Shown: positions 16,275 to 19,817 of the stretch, piece after piece | Layout of the letters: each line of letters opens with the position of its first letter | Position numbering within the stretch: position 1 is the first letter of the stretch | Origin: an uncultured Pseudomonadota bacterium | GTDB taxonomy: Bacteria; BMS3Abin14 | Reading direction: 5' to 3' | Length of the DNA stretch: 19,817 bases | NCBI GenBank assembly: GCA_964454175.1 | Contig: CAYVSA010000019.1 | Location: 1 to 19,817, forward strand | Made by a program: the position numbers and the translations under genes | Notes under the pieces: generated by a model | Seen by the model: the letters and a program-made list of their open reading frames with translations, nothing else | The model's database searches: none | Told to the model about the DNA's origin: nothing

Positions 16275-17003
16275 TCAGGGGCCTGTTAACCCCCTGAAAG
16301 CCATTTTCAGTCTCTCCCGGAAGGACGGTGACCTGTCTTCCGGCTTCGAACCGACTGCAGGCGCCCTCAAGTACTCCTTCGGTTCTGTCATCTGTTGTGT
16401 GGCAAGGTCGATCCAGAAATTCCTGTCCGGATGCTCAAGCTGCATCTCCAGCACCTTGTTATACCACTCTTTAGCGTTACGTCTGTTTCCGAGGCGCCTG
16501 TGCATCTCTCCCACAAGATATGTAGTCCAATAGACCCTGTCTTCCAGAACCACCTTCGCCCTGAGAGCCTTTTCAAAATATCTGATCACTGCTTCCCTGT
16601 ACCCGTCCTCGGCTTCTTTTTCCTTATCGAGCCAGGCCGACCAGGCTGCTCTGAGATAGAGTGATCCCACAGCAAAATCATCCAGCCCCCTGGCCCTGCT
16701 GATGATCGCCATGAACTCCCACCTGCGCCACGTGCTGACGGGCACCTGCCCTATGCGCGGGGTGATCTCTTTAGCAACTACCTTTATAATATCATCCTGC
16801 AGGGGGCCCTTTTCATTGAGAACACCAGTATATCCGCATTCGGGGCAGGTGTGAACCAGGTGCCGGATCGGCTGCTCTCCTACTGACATTTCAAAAAAAT
16901 CGCTTGTCGCAGGTCCCAGTGTGTCAATGGCAGTTACCTTCCTTGACTGAAATACTTCACCACAGCACAGGCACTTGATGGTGACTTTAGAGACTAGGCT
17001 CAT
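16275..17003 (-). CDS. DUF2225 family protein (Zn-ribbon CxxC pairs plus TPR-like helices)
   Basis: 'KCLCCGEVF', 'TCPECGY', 'LYLRAAW', 'YLVGEMHRRLGN...AKEWY'. Confidence 0.8.
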   Translation of the reverse strand: MSLVSKVTIKCLCCGEVFQSRKVTAIDTLGPATSDFFEMSVGEQPIRHLVHTCPECGYTGVLNEKGPLQDDIIKVVAKEITPRIGQVPVSTWRRWEFMAIISRARGLDDFAVGSLYLRAAWSAWLDKEKEAEDGYREAVIRYFEKALRAKVVLEDRVYWTTYLVGEMHRRLGNRRNAKEWYNKVLEMQLEHPDRNFWIDLATQQMTEPKEYLRAPAVGSKPEDRSPSFRERLKMAFRGLTGP

Positions 17004-17010
17004 AATACTC

Positions 17011-18723
17011 TCAGCTTCTGCGGAATTTAGCGTATTTCGGTGTCCACATTTTGGAATCCACGATCTCCCCTAACCTGCCCGGATCCAGGGGTTTTTCTGC
17101 CAGACCCTGCTCCACGGCGGTTTGCGCGACAGCAATGGCGATCTCTCTGGAAAGACTCCGCAGATCGGAAATTGGAGGGTAAACACATGAAAGCTCCAGC
17201 CTTTCAGTAGAGACCAGCTCGGACAATTTTTTTGCTGCTGCTGTTATCATCTCGTCGCTCACCATTTTTGCTCCTGCTACAAGTGAACCCAGCCCAACGC
17301 CCGGGAAAATATACACATTATTTCCCTGCCCCACTACGAAGACCCTGCCCTTGTGGTTCACATCCGGGAATGGACTTCCAGCAGCCACGATAGCCTTGCC
17401 ATCGGTCCACTTGTATATATCAACCGGGATCGCCTCAGTCTTGTCCGTCGGATTGGAGAGTGGAAAAATGACGGGCTTCTCCGTATTTCGCGCCATGGCT
17501 TTAATTACATCCTCCGGGAAGGCGCCACCAACACCCGAGACTCCAACGAGCACACTCACCCCGGCGTTTTTAACCAGTTCAGAAAGGGTAACTCTTCTTA
17601 CATTTTCTAATTTCCAGTCGCTGGCAAAACCGGCAGTCTGTGAAAATTCGCGTTTGTACTCTTCAATCCCTTCCCTGCCGTCGAAGATGACGCCCTTGCT
17701 GTCCAGGACAAATATCCTCGCCTGGGCTTCCTTCGGGGAGAGGCCATGTCCCAGAAGGGCTGTGTATATCTGTCTGCTCACCCCAACGCCCCCGGCGCCA
17801 GCCCCCAGAATGGCGAAAACCTGATCGAAAAGTCTTTCACCGCTGATCTTGAGCGCACCCTGGATCCCTGCAAGGACAACAGCACCGGTACCCTGGATGT
17901 CATCGTTAAACGACGGGAGTTCGTTCCTGTACCTTTCTAACAGCGTGAATGCGTTCTGCTTTGAAAAATCCTCCCACTGGAGTACGGCGCCAGGGAAATT
18001 TCTTTTCACGGCAGACACGAACTTTTCCACGAAATCGAAGTACTTATCACCTCTCAGGCGCTCCTGCCTGATGCCCAGATAGAGAGGGTCGGCCAGCAAT
18101 TCCTCGTTGTTCGTGCCTACATCAAGGGCTACAGGCAGAGTGTTAGCCGGGTGTATACCAGCGGTACCGACGTAGAGTGAGAGCTTGCCAACCGGTATCC
18201 CCATCCCCCCGATACCCTGGTCACCTATGCCCAGGATACCCTCCGAGTCGGTTACCACTATCATCTCAATGTTTCTGTAGGGCAGGGATTTGAAAATGGC
18301 GTCTGCTTCGTCGATATTCTCGGGAGAGAAAAACACCCCCCTGGTAAAACGAAAGATGTGGGAAAACTTCTGGCACGCAAGACCAACCGTGGGCGTGTAA
18401 ACAATGGGTATCATCTCCGCAAGGTGTCCGGAAAGGAGCGCGTAAAATAGAATTTCATTACGGTCCTGCAGGGCACGGAGAAAAATGTACTTTTCAAGAT
18501 CTGTGGTTTTTTCGTTAAAGCTCTCGAATCTTCTGTCAACCTGCATTTCCAGCGTTGAAACAGCAGGCGGAAGCAGGCCATCGATGCCGAACAAACGGCG
18601 CTCCTCGTGGGTGAATGCAGAGCCTTTATTCAGGATGGGGTTGTGGAGAAGTTCCGCCCCAGCTGAATCCACCGTAAAAACATCATTGCCCTCGGTGTCC
18701 CTGGTTATCCTGTACCTGAGCAT
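17011..18723 (-). CDS. maeA: NAD-dependent malic enzyme
   Basis: 'NKGSAFT.EER', 'PIVYTPTVG.AC', 'ILGIGDQG.GGMGIPVGKL', 'QWEDF', 'FNDDIQGTG', GAGAGG, 'PLSNPT', 'GQGNNVYIFPG'. ATG 18723 with G-rich RBS preferred as start. Confidence 0.96.
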   Translation of the reverse strand: MLRYRITRDTEGNDVFTVDSAGAELLHNPILNKGSAFTHEERRLFGIDGLLPPAVSTLEMQVDRRFESFNEKTTDLEKYIFLRALQDRNEILFYALLSGHLAEMIPIVYTPTVGLACQKFSHIFRFTRGVFFSPENIDEADAIFKSLPYRNIEMIVVTDSEGILGIGDQGIGGMGIPVGKLSLYVGTAGIHPANTLPVALDVGTNNEELLADPLYLGIRQERLRGDKYFDFVEKFVSAVKRNFPGAVLQWEDFSKQNAFTLLERYRNELPSFNDDIQGTGAVVLAGIQGALKISGERLFDQVFAILGAGAGGVGVSRQIYTALLGHGLSPKEAQARIFVLDSKGVIFDGREGIEEYKREFSQTAGFASDWKLENVRRVTLSELVKNAGVSVLVGVSGVGGAFPEDVIKAMARNTEKPVIFPLSNPTDKTEAIPVDIYKWTDGKAIVAAGSPFPDVNHKGRVFVVGQGNNVYIFPGVGLGSLVAGAKMVSDEMITAAAKKLSELVSTERLELSCVYPPISDLRSLSREIAIAVAQTAVEQGLAEKPLDPGRLGEIVDSKMWTPKYAKFRRS

Positions 18724-18807
18724 AACCCCCCCTTGCCAGAGAAAAATAAGCGATCTACAGGTTTTCAATTACACTACTGGAAGTTATAGGCAAAAGTGCT
18801 GGCCAGC

Positions 18808-19032
18808 CTACCACCAAGCAGGCGGTTTGGGAGGAGGCGGCCAGTTGCTCGTATTGTAGATGTCATTCTGATCCCAGCATGTCTTGGAACAGAAATCCAC
18901 AGGATCAAAACATACACATATGCCGGAAAAACTGGTCTGGTAGGGTTTCCCCTGGATCATTATACCGCATTCGATACACCACAGATTCACCGTACCGAAG
19001 CTCCCAAGTCGGGACTCTTTGAAAAAACTCAT
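18808..19032 (-). CDS. Small Cys-rich protein, TRASH/MYM-like zinc finger with Pro/Trp tail
   Basis: GGAGG RBS upstream of ATG; CIECG...FCSKTC motif; co-oriented with neighbours and fills an otherwise empty gap. Confidence 0.6.
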   Translation of the reverse strand: MSFFKESRLGSFGTVNLWCIECGIMIQGKPYQTSFSGICVCFDPVDFCSKTCWDQNDIYNTSNWPPPPKPPAWW

Positions 19033-19123
19033 AGGCTTATTCCTCCGGAATTATACGCCTGTCGGCAGATCACTTTCCGCCATTTACCGAGGCTGTTTGC
19101 AGATCTGCTATGCGGCTAAAGGA

Positions 19124-19519
19124 TCAGTGTTCTGTTGGAACGCACCCTCCGCCACAGGACCCCGCGGCCGCGGATATTTCAACGATTATGCCCAGGCGGT
19201 CAACTGCTACCCTGGCGGCCTCATTCTTAAACTTCCTGACATCCGCCCAGTCGTTTGATGCACCGAGTGACTCATGGCCTTCTCCGGGAAACAGGACCAT
19301 TACATGGGAGTCTCCTGATTGTTCGCTGCCATCTTTATTGACCTCTGAGGAAACGAACATTACTGTTTGTTCGGTCGCAACAAAGTGAACGGCCAGGATA
19401 AATTCGTACTTGCGCTCATCAGCCGGTTCTATCTTGTGAAACAGGATACCCTCGTATCCGCCTCCCAGTTCTATGTCCTCCAACCTGTTTGCGTAAAGCA
19501 TCCGCGGTGCTTCATTCAT
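19124..19519 (-). CDS. Hypothetical protein (paralogue of 15839-16225) with C-terminal CGGGC tail
   Basis: GGAGG RBS 6 nt before ATG 19519; shared motifs APRMLYA, AVH, FV.SE and DWAD..KFKN. Confidence 0.8.
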   Translation of the reverse strand: MNEAPRMLYANRLEDIELGGGYEGILFHKIEPADERKYEFILAVHFVATEQTVMFVSSEVNKDGSEQSGDSHVMVLFPGEGHESLGASNDWADVRKFKNEAARVAVDRLGIIVEISAAAGSCGGGCVPTEH

Positions 19520-19535
19520 CTTTTTCCTCCGGGAA

Positions 19536-19730
19536 TCACTGATTAGTAACTTCAACAGTTTTTTTAGCAGTCTTTTTTTTGCCTTTTGATGGAAGCCCTG
19601 AGTAAAGGTGGTAAGCGCAGTCCGGCCCTACCAGTCTTTTTGCTGTCCCCAGGGGAACCTTGATGTCTCCGCTAAGGACTTTCCTTCTGTACAGGTATCT
19701 GATTCTTATCTTTTCTGCTTTTGGATTCAT
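19536..19730 (-). CDS. Small basic hypothetical protein
   Basis: 64-aa ORF co-oriented and ending 16 nt before the next start; no recognisable domain and no clear RBS. Confidence 0.45.
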   Translation of the reverse strand: MNPKAEKIRIRYLYRRKVLSGDIKVPLGTAKRLVGPDCAYHLYSGLPSKGKKKTAKKTVEVTNQ

Positions 19731-19817
19731 CCTGCAATATTAACATAGATCAGGATTCGATTGATGTATGTATTTCGAATTTCACTTGTTTATCACATTT
19801 AGCCCCGGCAGTCGGTC

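Noticed and set aside
18808-19519. RiPP precursor peptides (Cys-rich small ORF, CGGGC tail)
   Set aside because: No radical SAM, YcaO, lanthipeptide or other maturase or exporter nearby; the Cys spacing fits metal binding better.

Overview
Chromosomal window from a diderm bacterium; the gene content (DUF169, DUF2225, DUF3365-GGDEF, DUF2007) suggests a Desulfobacterota/deltaproteobacterium-like anaerobe, which is inference only. Left part (530-12447, + strand): a compact nine-gene cluster. Four uncharacterised exported proteins (small beta-sandwich lipoprotein, 859-aa multidomain PEGA/CsgG-like/TPR lipoprotein, TolB-like PD40 propeller, exported TPR protein) are followed directly by a complete Opp/Dpp/App-type ABC importer (SBP, two permeases, two ATPases). 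The cluster is bounded by intrinsic terminators and is the best candidate for an undescribed system. Right part (12560-19730, - strand): cold-shock protein with a long leader containing a terminator-like hairpin, heme-c sensor diguanylate cyclase, an HTH protein resembling an orphan Doc-type antitoxin, DUF169, DUF2007, DUF2225, NAD-dependent malic enzyme, two paralogous hypothetical proteins and a small Cys-rich zinc-finger-like ORF. No tRNA, rRNA, CRISPR array, integrase or transposase was seen. All family calls come from motif recognition by eye, not database searches.
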